A stretch of 24,000 nt of DNA from Terrisporobacter sp. (GTDB lineage Bacteria; Bacillota; Clostridia; Peptostreptococcales; Peptostreptococcaceae): NCBI RefSeq assembly GCF_036550295.1, contig NZ_JAXKGQ010000011.1, one strand, 5' to 3'. How positions within the stretch are numbered: position 1 is the first letter of the stretch; the number at the start of each line of letters is the position of its first letter. A program made the position numbers and the translations under genes. Below the pieces are notes generated by a model. That model saw nothing but the letters and a program-made list of their open reading frames with translations, did no database searches and was not told where the DNA came from. Positions 7,401-15,488 of this stretch are shown piece by piece.

Positions 7401-7791
7401 TTATATGCTATTTTTTTAATACATATTGATGTGGTAACAAAAAAAGTTTAAAGATTTTATTGTACAAAGTAATATAATACGAAATAAAAATACTTTTGAT
7501 ATGATATAGATCCCATCATCACTTATTTCCTTATTATTACAAGAAAGTATATGCTTATAAAGACTATCTTCCTGTTGTGAGTGAATCAAAACAATACCTG
7601 TCAAACTTATCAAACTTTTAAAAACTGTATTTTATCAACCTGAGGGATACGATATTGGTGAGAATTGATAGTAAACTCCAAACTTTGACAAATAGTATAA
7701 AATGAACGTTCTCATAATATAACTAATTTAAGATAAAACTTGAAATTTGTCGTACTTTATTTTAAGTATGTATTTTATAATTTATATAAAT

Positions 7792-7827
7792 AAAAGTGTG
7801 TAAATGCCCATATTTTTACACACTTTT
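7792..7827. terminator. Orphan hairpin (13-bp perfect stem) in a gene-free stretch
   Basis: AAAAGTGTGTAAA (7792..7804) and TTTACACACTTTT (7815..7827) are exact reverse complements with a 10-nt loop. A/T tracts sit on both sides. No intact gene ends nearby. Confidence 0.45.
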
Positions 7828-7998
7828 AAATTTTATTTGCAAAAACATTCGTGTATTATAATTTTACTATTTATTGTATACTTATTTTGTATTATAATTA
7901 TAATTAAAGTGTCATTTTAAATTACACAGTATAATTAGTGTGATTTATTTTACTTATATATACTATTTTATTTATATATATATTGAGGGAGGTATATT

Positions 7999-8613
7999 AT
8001 GATAAATAACGATATAATAAAACAAAATAATCTAGCATGTGAAAATATACTATTAACAAAAGAAGAATTCACTAATGCTAGAAGTGGGGTATTTAATATT
8101 AAGCTCACACCAACAAAATACGTTCCAAATGATTGGTTTGAAAAAAATTTAAAAAACCATAAAATACTATGTTTATATTCTGGTGGTCAAAAACACATCC
8201 ATCTATTAGCTGCCAGTGGTGCAATTGTAACAGTTTATGATACAAATCATAATCAATTAAAAGAAGATGAAAAATTTGCAAAAGAAAATAACCTTATGAT
8301 TTCCACAATCGAAGGTGATATGACTAATTTGGAAATATTCAAGGATAATTTTTTCGATATGATTTTTTGTCCTTTATCTGATGCATACATTCCTGATATA
8401 TTTCCCATTTTTAAAGAATGTCATAGAGTTTTAAAATCTGGGGGAAAATTTTTATTTTCAAGTATAAATCCTTTTACAAAACACAATCAAACTTTAGAAG
8501 ACTTAATTGGAGGACAAACTTTGGCTGGTTTTCATATTAATGGATTTTATGAAGACAATAATAACACTTGTCATGATAACTTTAAATATTTTGCTACAAA
8601 AGCAATAAAATAA
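7999..8613 (+). CDS. Class I SAM-dependent methyltransferase (Methyltransf_11-like)
   Basis: 204 aa with RBS GAGGGAGG. Shows the motif I-like segment KILCLYSGGQKHIHLLAASGAIVTVYD, then GDMTNLEIFKDNFFDMIF and ECHRVLKSGGKFLF (post-II/III pattern), and the C-terminal GGQTLAGFHINGFYED. Substrate cannot be determined. Confidence 0.75.
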   Translation: MINNDIIKQNNLACENILLTKEEFTNARSGVFNIKLTPTKYVPNDWFEKNLKNHKILCLYSGGQKHIHLLAASGAIVTVYDTNHNQLKEDEKFAKENNLMISTIEGDMTNLEIFKDNFFDMIFCPLSDAYIPDIFPIFKECHRVLKSGGKFLFSSINPFTKHNQTLEDLIGGQTLAGFHINGFYEDNNNTCHDNFKYFATKAIK

Positions 8614-8714
8614 GTATTCTGTATACTTGTCTTTTTTGTGAAGGTTTTTATTATATTGTGTCTAATTTTTGAATTATGAATTATTAAATTATAATTAAAG
8701 GTTGGTGTATAAAT

Positions 8715-9053
8715 ATGGTAAATAATATGGTAAATTTCCCTTATAATTCTCTAGGGGTTGCAAGAGTTGATTCAAATGGTGTTGTTCACAATCATATATA
8801 TCATCAATGTCCTGTTGGTAGAGTTGACACTAACAATATAATTCACAATGATCCTATAAATAATTCTCCCGTTGGTAGAGTTGATAGTGATGGTGTTGTA
8901 TATAATCATCCTACTAATTACTCTCCTGTAGGTAGAGTTGATAAAGATGGTTTTGTTTATAATAAACAAAATATAAAAGTTGCCAGAGTTGAAGGCGATG
9001 ATTTATTAAAAAGCGCTGGTGCTTATTTATTACTAATCGATAATTTAAGATAA
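8715..9053 (+). CDS. Small protein (112 aa) built from tandem 19-aa [P]VGRVDxxGxVxN repeats
   Basis: Translation contains GVARVDSNGVVHNHIYHQC / PVGRVDTNNIIHNDPINNS / PVGRVDSDGVVYNHPTNYS / PVGRVDKDGFVYNKQNIK / VARVEGDD... It has no signal peptide and is followed by a hairpin. An alternative in-frame ATG lies at 8727. Confidence 0.65.
   Translation: MVNNMVNFPYNSLGVARVDSNGVVHNHIYHQCPVGRVDTNNIIHNDPINNSPVGRVDSDGVVYNHPTNYSPVGRVDKDGFVYNKQNIKVARVEGDDLLKSAGAYLLLIDNLR
8757..8999 (+). repeat. In-frame tandem DNA repeat, period 57 bp (units start at 8757, 8814, 8871, 8928; shortened fifth unit at 8979)
   Basis: The core GTTGGTAGAGTTGA(C/T) recurs at exactly 57-nt spacing three times, then at 51 nt. Inter-core sequence is diverged, so these are old repeats rather than a recent duplication. 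Confidence 0.8.
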
Positions 9054-9070
9054 TTTAAATACCAAAAAAT

Positions 9071-9095
9071 AAAGACTTGCTTTTAGCAAGTCTTT
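9071..9095. terminator. Hairpin terminator between 8715..9053(+) and the helicase remnant(-)
   Basis: AAAGACTTGC (9071..9080) and GCAAGTCTTT (9086..9095) are exact reverse complements with a 5-nt loop. The A-run at 9064..9070 gives a U-tail on the minus strand. The plus-strand tail is weak. Confidence 0.5.
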
Positions 9096-9700
9096 ATGCA
9101 TATTCAAAATAAGATTCATATATGTTTTTAATTTCCTTAGCAAAGGAATTTTTATTAAAGTTCTTTGAATGTATTATTAATTTTTCACTGGCTCTAGTCA
9201 TGCCCACATAAACTAACTTTCTATCCATTATTTCTTTTTTCTTGTCTAAATTAGGATAAAAATAATCCACATCCATTAATATTACAACTTTTCCTTCAAG
9301 TCCCTTTGCTGAATAGTATCTTCATCATCACTTTTATAAAATCTGCTTACTCCTTCTTGCAAACTTTCATTTTATTGAATAAATTTCAAAGCCATATGAG
9401 CAATTTCTTTGACTGTTCTATAACATGTTTTTAGAAAATAAGAACGACCTCGCATATTTCCAAGCTTATTCCAACTGTGCTCTTTTGCATTGTAATATCT
9501 TTTATATAAGAAAGTGACCAATCCTTAACTTCTAATATGGAAATTCCCCTATTTTCATCTATTAAGATAAAATCTGGTACGAGTTTTGAGATGGTGGGTT
9601 GTACATACAAATAAGCTTCATCTTGATAATTTTTATATAAGAGTTTTATTTTGTTTAGCAGTTCTTTTTCGCCTTTAGTAAGTTTTTTAGATTCGTTTTT
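9094..9700 (-). pseudogene. NERD-domain / SF1 (UvrD-like) helicase gene wreck: N-terminal NERD fragment fused by deletion to the C-terminal helicase motifs, with multiple stops and frameshifts
   Basis: Frame 9700..9431 reads KNESKKLTKGEKELLNKIKLLYKNYQDEAYLYVQPTISKLVPDFILIDENRGISILEVKDWS...*, a NERD-like D-F-x-L-I ... E-V-K pattern. Frame 9321..9094 reads RYYSAKGLEGKVVILMDVDYF...KLVYVGMTRASEKLIIH, matching SF1 helicase motifs V and VI. Region 9331..9430 has short helicase-like pieces in other frames and a TGATGATGA. No start codon and no Walker A region are present. Confidence 0.6.
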
Positions 9701-9811
9701 TTAATTATAACTATATTTTTTTAAAAATTATTCATAATTTAACACAAAATTAATATATTATATCTATAATTATTTATATAATATATTAATAAATTTCTAG
9801 GAGGAGTTTTT

Positions 9812-11140
9812 ATGAGTAGTCTTGATGACCTCTCGAGGAGCATATTTCCTCAACTATTATTAATTGTAGTACTAACACTTATAAATGGATTCTTTGCAGC
9901 TGCAGAAATGGCCTTTGTATCAGTAAATAAACATAGAATTGATTGTTTATGCGAAGAAAAAAACAAAAAAGCAATTCTCTTGAGAAAATTACTAGATGAT
10001 CCAAGTGGTTTTTTATCTACCATACAAATAGGAATTACTTTGGCAGGATTCTTCTCCAGTGCATCTGCTGCAACCACACTATCAGTAAGGTTTTATTCTT
10101 TAATTTCACCTTATAACATACCTTATGCCAAAGAAGTCTCCATGATTTTAATAACTATTATCTTATCTTTTTTTACATTAATATTTGGAGAACTTGTTCC
10201 AAAGCGAATTGCTTTAAAAAAATGTGAAAAAATTTCACTACTATCAGTTAAACCTATTTATTTTTTCTCCATAATTTCAAAACCTTTTATTAAAATTTTA
10301 TCCCTATCCACAAAACTAGTTTTAAAAATTACTAAAAATGATGATGTGAAAGATGAAAACAATATTTCCACAGAAGAAATAAAATTACTAATTACCCAAT
10401 CAGAAAAAAATGGTACTATTAACTTCATGGAAAAAGAAATGTTGAATAAGGTTTTTGATTTTTCCGATAAAACATCAAAGGAAATTATGACATCTAGAAC
10501 AGATACAGTTTTAATAGATATAAATGATGATAAAGACAATATAGTAAATATACTGCTTCACTGCAAATATTCTAGAATACCTGTTTATGATGATTCTGTA
10601 GATAATATAATAGGTATTTTGTATATGAAAGATTTGACATCTTATTTAATAAAAAAAGATTTAAATAATTTAGATTTAAGAAAAATTCTCCACTCTCCTT
10701 GCTTTGTACCTGAAACTAAAAATATAGATGAGCTATTTCTTTTACTAAAACAAAGTAAAAATCATATGTCCATCTTAATTGATGAATACGGTGGTTTTTC
10801 TGGAATAGTAACTATGGAAGATATAATCGAAGAAATAGTTGGTGACATTGAAGATGAGTATGACATAGATAATAATAAAATAGTAAATTTAGGCAATGGC
10901 TCCTTTGAAATAAAGGGCAATATGTCTATTATAGATTTTAACAATATATTTAATACTAACTTGAAATGTGATGATTTTGATACTATAAATGGATATATAA
11001 TATCATTAATTGACAAAATCCCAACTGAAGAAGAAAATATTGTCTTAAATATTGAAAATTATAAAGTAAAAGTCGTAAAAGTTGAAGACAATAGAATTGA
11101 AACAGTAAAAATCAGCATGATAAATGAAAATGCAAGTTAA
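9812..11140 (+). CDS. CNNM/HlyC-CorC family transporter (DUF21 membrane domain, CBS pair, CorC_HlyC domain)
   Basis: 442 aa with RBS AGGAGG. Family signatures are LINGFFAAAEMAFVS and FGELVPKRIAL. The central CBS-pair region includes IPVYDDSVDNIIGILYMKDL and ILIDEYGGFSGIVTMEDIIEEIVGDIEDEYD, followed by the C-terminal transporter-associated domain. Confidence 0.9.
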   Translation: MSSLDDLSRSIFPQLLLIVVLTLINGFFAAAEMAFVSVNKHRIDCLCEEKNKKAILLRKLLDDPSGFLSTIQIGITLAGFFSSASAATTLSVRFYSLISPYNIPYAKEVSMILITIILSFFTLIFGELVPKRIALKKCEKISLLSVKPIYFFSIISKPFIKILSLSTKLVLKITKNDDVKDENNISTEEIKLLITQSEKNGTINFMEKEMLNKVFDFSDKTSKEIMTSRTDTVLIDINDDKDNIVNILLHCKYSRIPVYDDSVDNIIGILYMKDLTSYLIKKDLNNLDLRKILHSPCFVPETKNIDELFLLLKQSKNHMSILIDEYGGFSGIVTMEDIIEEIVGDIEDEYDIDNNKIVNLGNGSFEIKGNMSIIDFNNIFNTNLKCDDFDTINGYIISLIDKIPTEEENIVLNIENYKVKVVKVEDNRIETVKISMINENAS

Positions 11141-11164
11141 TAAAAATAATTTAAAAAATATATT

Positions 11165-11192
11165 AAAAAGGACCTTTATGGGTCTTTTTTTT
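11165..11192 (+). terminator. Probable rho-independent terminator after the CNNM gene
   Basis: AAAAAGGACC-tttatg-GGTCTTTTTTTT: a short imperfect GC-containing stem with one bulge and an 8-T run. Confidence 0.45.
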
Positions 11193-11361
11193 AATATATT
11201 TTTTTAAATCTTCTTTTTATTTAAATTACTTAATCCTAGGCACTTTTTGTAAATTTCTTTCTTTAAATTTTGGATTTTTCTGGAAATTATTATTGTTTTT
11301 TCTAATTAATTGTACTACTATTTTTTTATCAAATCATTTAAAATTCTAAGGAGGAAAAGAT

Positions 11362-11913
11362 ATGTTATTATTATCAGAAAAAGACATTATTTTAGATAAA
11401 ATATTAAGAAGTTACGAAGTTTATTATGATATAGAAAAATGCGAAAATGAATCACTTCCTCTTGTGGCAAAATGTGAATTTCATGTTCATAATGAGAAGT
11501 ATGTTCTTTCTCAAAAAGCACAGCTTTGGGCAACTGATGCCAATGAATATGTATATATATTTAAAGTAGATAATCTAGATGCCAATCTTTTTAATAAATG
11601 TAAAGATTATGCCTATGAAAATGGTATGAAACTTATCAATCCAAAATCAGGTCATATGTATTCTTATATCACAACTATTTTCATATGCGACTCTTGCGAT
11701 GAAGAATCTGAAAAACTTATCAAAAAAACAAAAATTACTAAAAACTTTAAATTCTCTCTTCATGGTTGGATGGATTTCCATATAGCTTGTATTGATATAG
11801 GCAAAAATAGTATTTATGGAAATACCAGCGGCAAAGTGACATCAAGATTTTTAAAAGACTTATTTAAAAAGAAAAGTTCTCGCTTTAAAAAATTAAAGAA
11901 AGAATATGTTTAG
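11362..11913 (+). CDS. Hypothetical protein, 183 aa, lysine-rich C-terminal tail
   Basis: ORF with RBS AAGGAGGAAAAG. No motif I recognise. Lies upstream of cstA on the same strand. Confidence 0.7.
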   Translation: MLLLSEKDIILDKILRSYEVYYDIEKCENESLPLVAKCEFHVHNEKYVLSQKAQLWATDANEYVYIFKVDNLDANLFNKCKDYAYENGMKLINPKSGHMYSYITTIFICDSCDEESEKLIKKTKITKNFKFSLHGWMDFHIACIDIGKNSIYGNTSGKVTSRFLKDLFKKKSSRFKKLKKEYV

Positions 11914-11994
11914 ATAAGTTATTTAAAATGATAGTTATAAATTTTATATAAATAACTATAAAAATTTAATAATCATTTTAAAGGGGGTAAGCGT

Positions 11995-13728
11995 ATGAGC
12001 GCAGTAGTTTTATTAGTTGTTAGTATTGTAGTATTATTCATCGGCTACGTTACTTATGGTAAATGGCTAGCTGATCAATGGGGAATCGATGAAAAGAAAG
12101 TAACACCTTCCCATGAATTTGAAGACGGTCTTGATTATTGTCCTGCAAAAGCTCCCGTACTTCTAGGTCACCACTTTTCATCTATAGCTGGTGCTGGTCC
12201 TATAAATGGTCCTATACAAGCAGCAGTATTTGGATGGGTTCCTGTTTTACTTTGGGTATTGATAGGTGGTATATTCTTTGGTGCAACTCATGACTTTGGT
12301 GCATTATTTGCATCTATTCGTCATAAAGGTCAATCTATAGGTGAAGTTATAGGACAAAATATAGGTGCTCGTGCTAAGAAATTATTCTTAATTTTCTCTT
12401 ATTTAACATTATTATTAGTAGTAGCAGCCTTCGCTTCTATAGTTGCTGAAACTTTCAAGGCTACATTTACTGAAAGCGGTGCAGTTGACACTGTAGCAAG
12501 TGCCGCAAATGCTTCAACAGCAATGATATCATTATTATTTATATTAATAGCAATTGCCTTTGGTTTCTTCGTTTATAGACGTAATGCTTCTCTTGGAGTA
12601 TCTACAGTAATAGGTGTTGCAGCCATAGTTGCTTGTATAGCAATAGGACTAAACTGGCATCCACTTTACTTAAGTTCTACAACTTGGATGGTTATAGTTG
12701 GTATATATATATTAGTTGCTTCTGTAACTCCTGTTTGGATATTACTTCAACCTCGTGATTATTTAAGTTCATTCTTATTATATGGTATGATAATACTTGC
12801 AGTTGTTGGTATAATAGGATCTCATCCTTCTTTAGATATACCAGCATTTACTGGATTTGTTGATACAGTAGCTCCAACTGGAACATCACTTGGATATTTA
12901 TTCCCTGCTTTATTTGTTACTATAGCATGTGGTGCAATATCTGGATTCCACTCTTTAGTTGCTTCTGGTACTACTGCAAAACAATTAGATAGTGAAAAAG
13001 ATGCAAGACCTATAGCCTATGGTTCAATGTTAATAGAATGTGTACTTGCTGTTATATCTGTTTGTGCAGTAGGATACATTTGGAAAGACTATGCAGCAGG
13101 AACAACTGTAACTCCTACAGTAGTATTTGCTTCAGGTATAGCTGGAATGTTAAGTAAAATACCAGGACTTTCTAATACTTATAATATAGCTTATTCATTA
13201 TTAGTCTTAACAGTTTCTGTTTTCTGTTTAACTTCACTAGATACTGCAACTCGTTTAGCTCGTTACATGTTCCAAGAATTCTGGTTAGAACCCGGTGAAA
13301 CTAGAGATCAAGCTACAGGACTTAAAAAAACTTTAACTAATCCTTACTTAGCAACTGCCATAACTGTTGTTTTAGGTATATCTTTAGGGCTTACTGGATA
13401 CTCAAATATCTGGGCATTATTTGGTGCAGCTAACCAATTACTTGCAGCCCTTGGATTATTAGCTGTTGCAGCTTGGCTTGGTAATATAGGTAAAAATAAT
13501 AAAATGTTATTCTTCCCTATGATATTTATGTTAATAGCAACTGTTACATCTTTAGTTTTAACTGTAAGAAGTAACGTAATTGCAATTACTGCAGGTGGTG
13601 CTGGTCTTGGATGGTGCTACATACGTACAATCTTAGCCGTACTTCTCATAATACTTGCCGTAGTTCTTATGATTGAAGGTATAAATACTATAAGAAATCA
13701 ATTCCGTAGAGTTAAAAAAGCAAGTTAA
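11995..13728 (+). CDS. cstA: Carbon starvation protein A family transporter (peptide/pyruvate uptake)
   Basis: 577 aa, polytopic. The N-terminal region YGKWLADQWGID...PAKAPVLLGHHFSSIAGAGPINGPIQAAVFGWVPVLLWVLIGGIFFGATHDF is the characteristic CstA signature. RBS AAGGGGG. Confidence 0.93.
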   Translation: MSAVVLLVVSIVVLFIGYVTYGKWLADQWGIDEKKVTPSHEFEDGLDYCPAKAPVLLGHHFSSIAGAGPINGPIQAAVFGWVPVLLWVLIGGIFFGATHDFGALFASIRHKGQSIGEVIGQNIGARAKKLFLIFSYLTLLLVVAAFASIVAETFKATFTESGAVDTVASAANASTAMISLLFILIAIAFGFFVYRRNASLGVSTVIGVAAIVACIAIGLNWHPLYLSSTTWMVIVGIYILVASVTPVWILLQPRDYLSSFLLYGMIILAVVGIIGSHPSLDIPAFTGFVDTVAPTGTSLGYLFPALFVTIACGAISGFHSLVASGTTAKQLDSEKDARPIAYGSMLIECVLAVISVCAVGYIWKDYAAGTTVTPTVVFASGIAGMLSKIPGLSNTYNIAYSLLVLTVSVFCLTSLDTATRLARYMFQEFWLEPGETRDQATGLKKTLTNPYLATAITVVLGISLGLTGYSNIWALFGAANQLLAALGLLAVAAWLGNIGKNNKMLFFPMIFMLIATVTSLVLTVRSNVIAITAGGAGLGWCYIRTILAVLLIILAVVLMIEGINTIRNQFRRVKKAS

Positions 13729-13747
13729 TTATTATTAATATAAAAAT

Positions 13748-13782
13748 AAAGGATATACTCCAATGAGTATACCCTTTATTTT
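13748..13782. terminator. Bidirectional terminator between the convergent cstA and the symporter gene
   Basis: AAAGGATATACTC-caat-GAGTATACCCTTT (one mismatch) followed by ATTTTATTT. An A-run lies on the other side. Confidence 0.6.
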
Positions 13783-13784
13783 AT

Positions 13785-15209
13785 TTAAATTGCTTTTTCT
13801 TCTTCTTCATTATTTGTCCAACATTGAACATTTTCTAATCCTTCTATATTTGATGCATCAAATATAGGATCTTTTATACCAGCTTTCTTTTGATCCGAGT
13901 AATCTTTTAGAGCTATAAATGCATATTTTCCAAGTAGAGCTATGGCAACTAAGTTAATCACTGCCATTATTCCCATAAATACATCAGCTAAGTCCCAAAC
14001 TAATTGAACTTTTGCCACTGAACCAAATAGCACCATACAAACAACTATTACTCTAAATATATTTAAAATAACTTTATTTCCACTCATAAATTCTATATTT
14101 GACTCTCCATAGTAGTAGTTTCCAACTATAGAACTAAAAGCAAATAATAATATACATACTGCTATAAAAATATTACCTATTGGCCCTATTTGAGATGAAA
14201 GAGCTGCTTGTGTTAATTCTATACCTTCAAGACCAGCACTTGCATAATCTGAATATAATAATATTATAAATGCTGTACATGAACATATTACTATTGTATC
14301 TGTAAATACACCTAAAGTTTGGATTAAACCTTGTTTAACTGGGTGAGTTACATCTGCACTAGCAGCAGCATTTGGAGCTGAACCCATACCTGCTTCATTT
14401 GAGAATAATCCTCTTTTTATACCAACTAATACCATACCTCCAAATGAACCTACAGCCATTTCTCTAACTCCAAAGGCATTTTCACATATAGTTTTTATCA
14501 CATTTGGTATTTCACCTATATTTATTGCAACAACAAATAAAGCAACTAATATGTATAATACTGCAAATATTGGTACTATTATTTCAGATACCTTTGCAAT
14601 TCTATGTACTCCACCAAATATTATAATTCCTGTTAAAACAGATAATACTATACCTACTGCTAATTTATTTACACCGAAAGCATTGTTAAATGCCACAGTT
14701 ATTGTATTTGATTGAACTGCATTAAATATAAATCCAAAACATACTGTTATAAGTACTGAGAACACCATACCCATTGTTCTACTTTTTAGACCTTGTTCCA
14801 TATAATATGCAGGTCCTCCTCTAAATCCTTCATTATCTTTTACTTTAAATATTTGAGCTAATGTGGATTCAACAAAACTTGATGCTGAGCCAATAAGGGC
14901 AATAATCCACATCCAAAATACTGATCCTGGTCCTCCTGCAACAACTGCCATAGCAATCCCTGCTATATTTCCTGTTCCTACACGTGATGCTGTAGATATA
15001 CAAAATGCTTGGAATGACGAAACTGATCCGTCCTTTTTCTCTCCCTTTGCTCCATCTCCTAAAAGTCTAAACATTTCTTTAAAAAATCTAAACTGTACAA
15101 AATTAGTCCTAAAAGTAAAGTAAAGTCCAAGTACTATTAACATTACTATTAATAGTTTAGACCATAAAAGTTCGTTTACGTTTGATACTAAGTTGTTTAA
15201 TAACTCCAT
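13785..15209 (-). CDS. Alanine/glycine:cation symporter (AGCS) family protein
   Basis: 474 aa. Contains SSFQAFCISTASRVGTGNIAGIAMAVVAGGPGSVFWMWIIALIGSASSFVESTLAQIFK and SNEAGMGSAPNAAA, both typical of the AGCS family. RBS AGGAGG. Confidence 0.92.
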   Translation of the reverse strand: MELLNNLVSNVNELLWSKLLIVMLIVLGLYFTFRTNFVQFRFFKEMFRLLGDGAKGEKKDGSVSSFQAFCISTASRVGTGNIAGIAMAVVAGGPGSVFWMWIIALIGSASSFVESTLAQIFKVKDNEGFRGGPAYYMEQGLKSRTMGMVFSVLITVCFGFIFNAVQSNTITVAFNNAFGVNKLAVGIVLSVLTGIIIFGGVHRIAKVSEIIVPIFAVLYILVALFVVAINIGEIPNVIKTICENAFGVREMAVGSFGGMVLVGIKRGLFSNEAGMGSAPNAAASADVTHPVKQGLIQTLGVFTDTIVICSCTAFIILLYSDYASAGLEGIELTQAALSSQIGPIGNIFIAVCILLFAFSSIVGNYYYGESNIEFMSGNKVILNIFRVIVVCMVLFGSVAKVQLVWDLADVFMGIMAVINLVAIALLGKYAFIALKDYSDQKKAGIKDPIFDASNIEGLENVQCWTNNEEEEKAI

Positions 15210-15411
15210 TTAATATTCCTCCTGACTATTTTATATTTGAATTTTTTTATCATATATTTTGTGAAAATGAAGGAAAAAATCTTTTTCATTCATTTATCCT
15301 AATTATATGACAATATTTATTTAAATTCAATATAATTTTGCATTTTTTCGATATTAAATTGCAAATTACACAGCAAAAATACACAAAAAACATTTTCCTG
15401 ATATATTTTTT

Positions 15412-15468
15412 GTACAAAAAAAGAAATTATTTTGAAGTAAATTTCATTTTTATTTAAAAATAATTTCT
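15412..15468 (-). terminator. Possible ilvD terminator (AT-rich 12-bp stem, long loop)
   Basis: AGAAATTATTTT (15422..15433) and AAAATAATTTCT (15457..15468) are exact reverse complements with a 23-nt loop. The A-run at 15412..15421 gives a U-tail on the minus strand. The stem has only one G:C pair, so it is weak. Confidence 0.35.
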
Positions 15469-15488
15469 TTATTAATTTATATGTATTT

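Noticed and set aside
7416-7613. 65-aa minus-strand ORF
   Set aside because: It has no RBS and a low-complexity AT-codon composition, and it sits in a decayed non-coding stretch. At most it is debris of the upstream part of the GTPase pseudogene, and no P-loop is visible.
7999-8613. The SAM methyltransferase as a DNA methyltransferase partner of the R-M locus
   Set aside because: It lacks DNA MTase catalytic motifs (no (D/N)PP(Y/F/W) and no PC-ENV). Its pattern matches small-molecule/protein class I Methyltransf_11-type enzymes. It is also on the opposite strand and separated from hsdM by a pseudogene and 600 bp of non-coding DNA.
8757-8999. Regular 57-bp periodicity considered as a possible CRISPR-like or regulatory repeat array
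   Set aside because: The repeats are in frame within a 112-aa ORF and are conserved at the peptide level (VGRVD..G.V.N). The 'spacers' between the cores are in-frame coding linkers within the same ORF. No leader or cas genes are present. The antisense ORF 8772..8969 is just the mirror image.
230-9800. The island as a bona fide mobile element (ICE, prophage or transposon)
   Set aside because: I could find no integrase, recombinase, transposase, phage structural gene, tRNA target or flanking direct/inverted repeats. Only 'accessory/variable region' is supportable.
9850-11016. Three minus-strand ORFs (9850..10077, 10258..10539, 10762..11016)
   Set aside because: All lie antisense inside the well-supported CNNM/CorC transporter gene and lack RBSs. 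They are shadows of an AT-rich coding frame.
15210-15420. Possible glycine riboswitch or attenuator upstream of the alanine/glycine symporter, including the hairpin AATGAAgGAAAAA-atc-TTTTTCaTTCATT at 15266..15294
   Set aside because: No glycine-riboswitch core (GGAGAG...CACCG...) is present. The hairpin is all A/T with a 3-nt loop and has no following U-tract on the minus strand. It is not supportable as a regulatory element from sequence alone.
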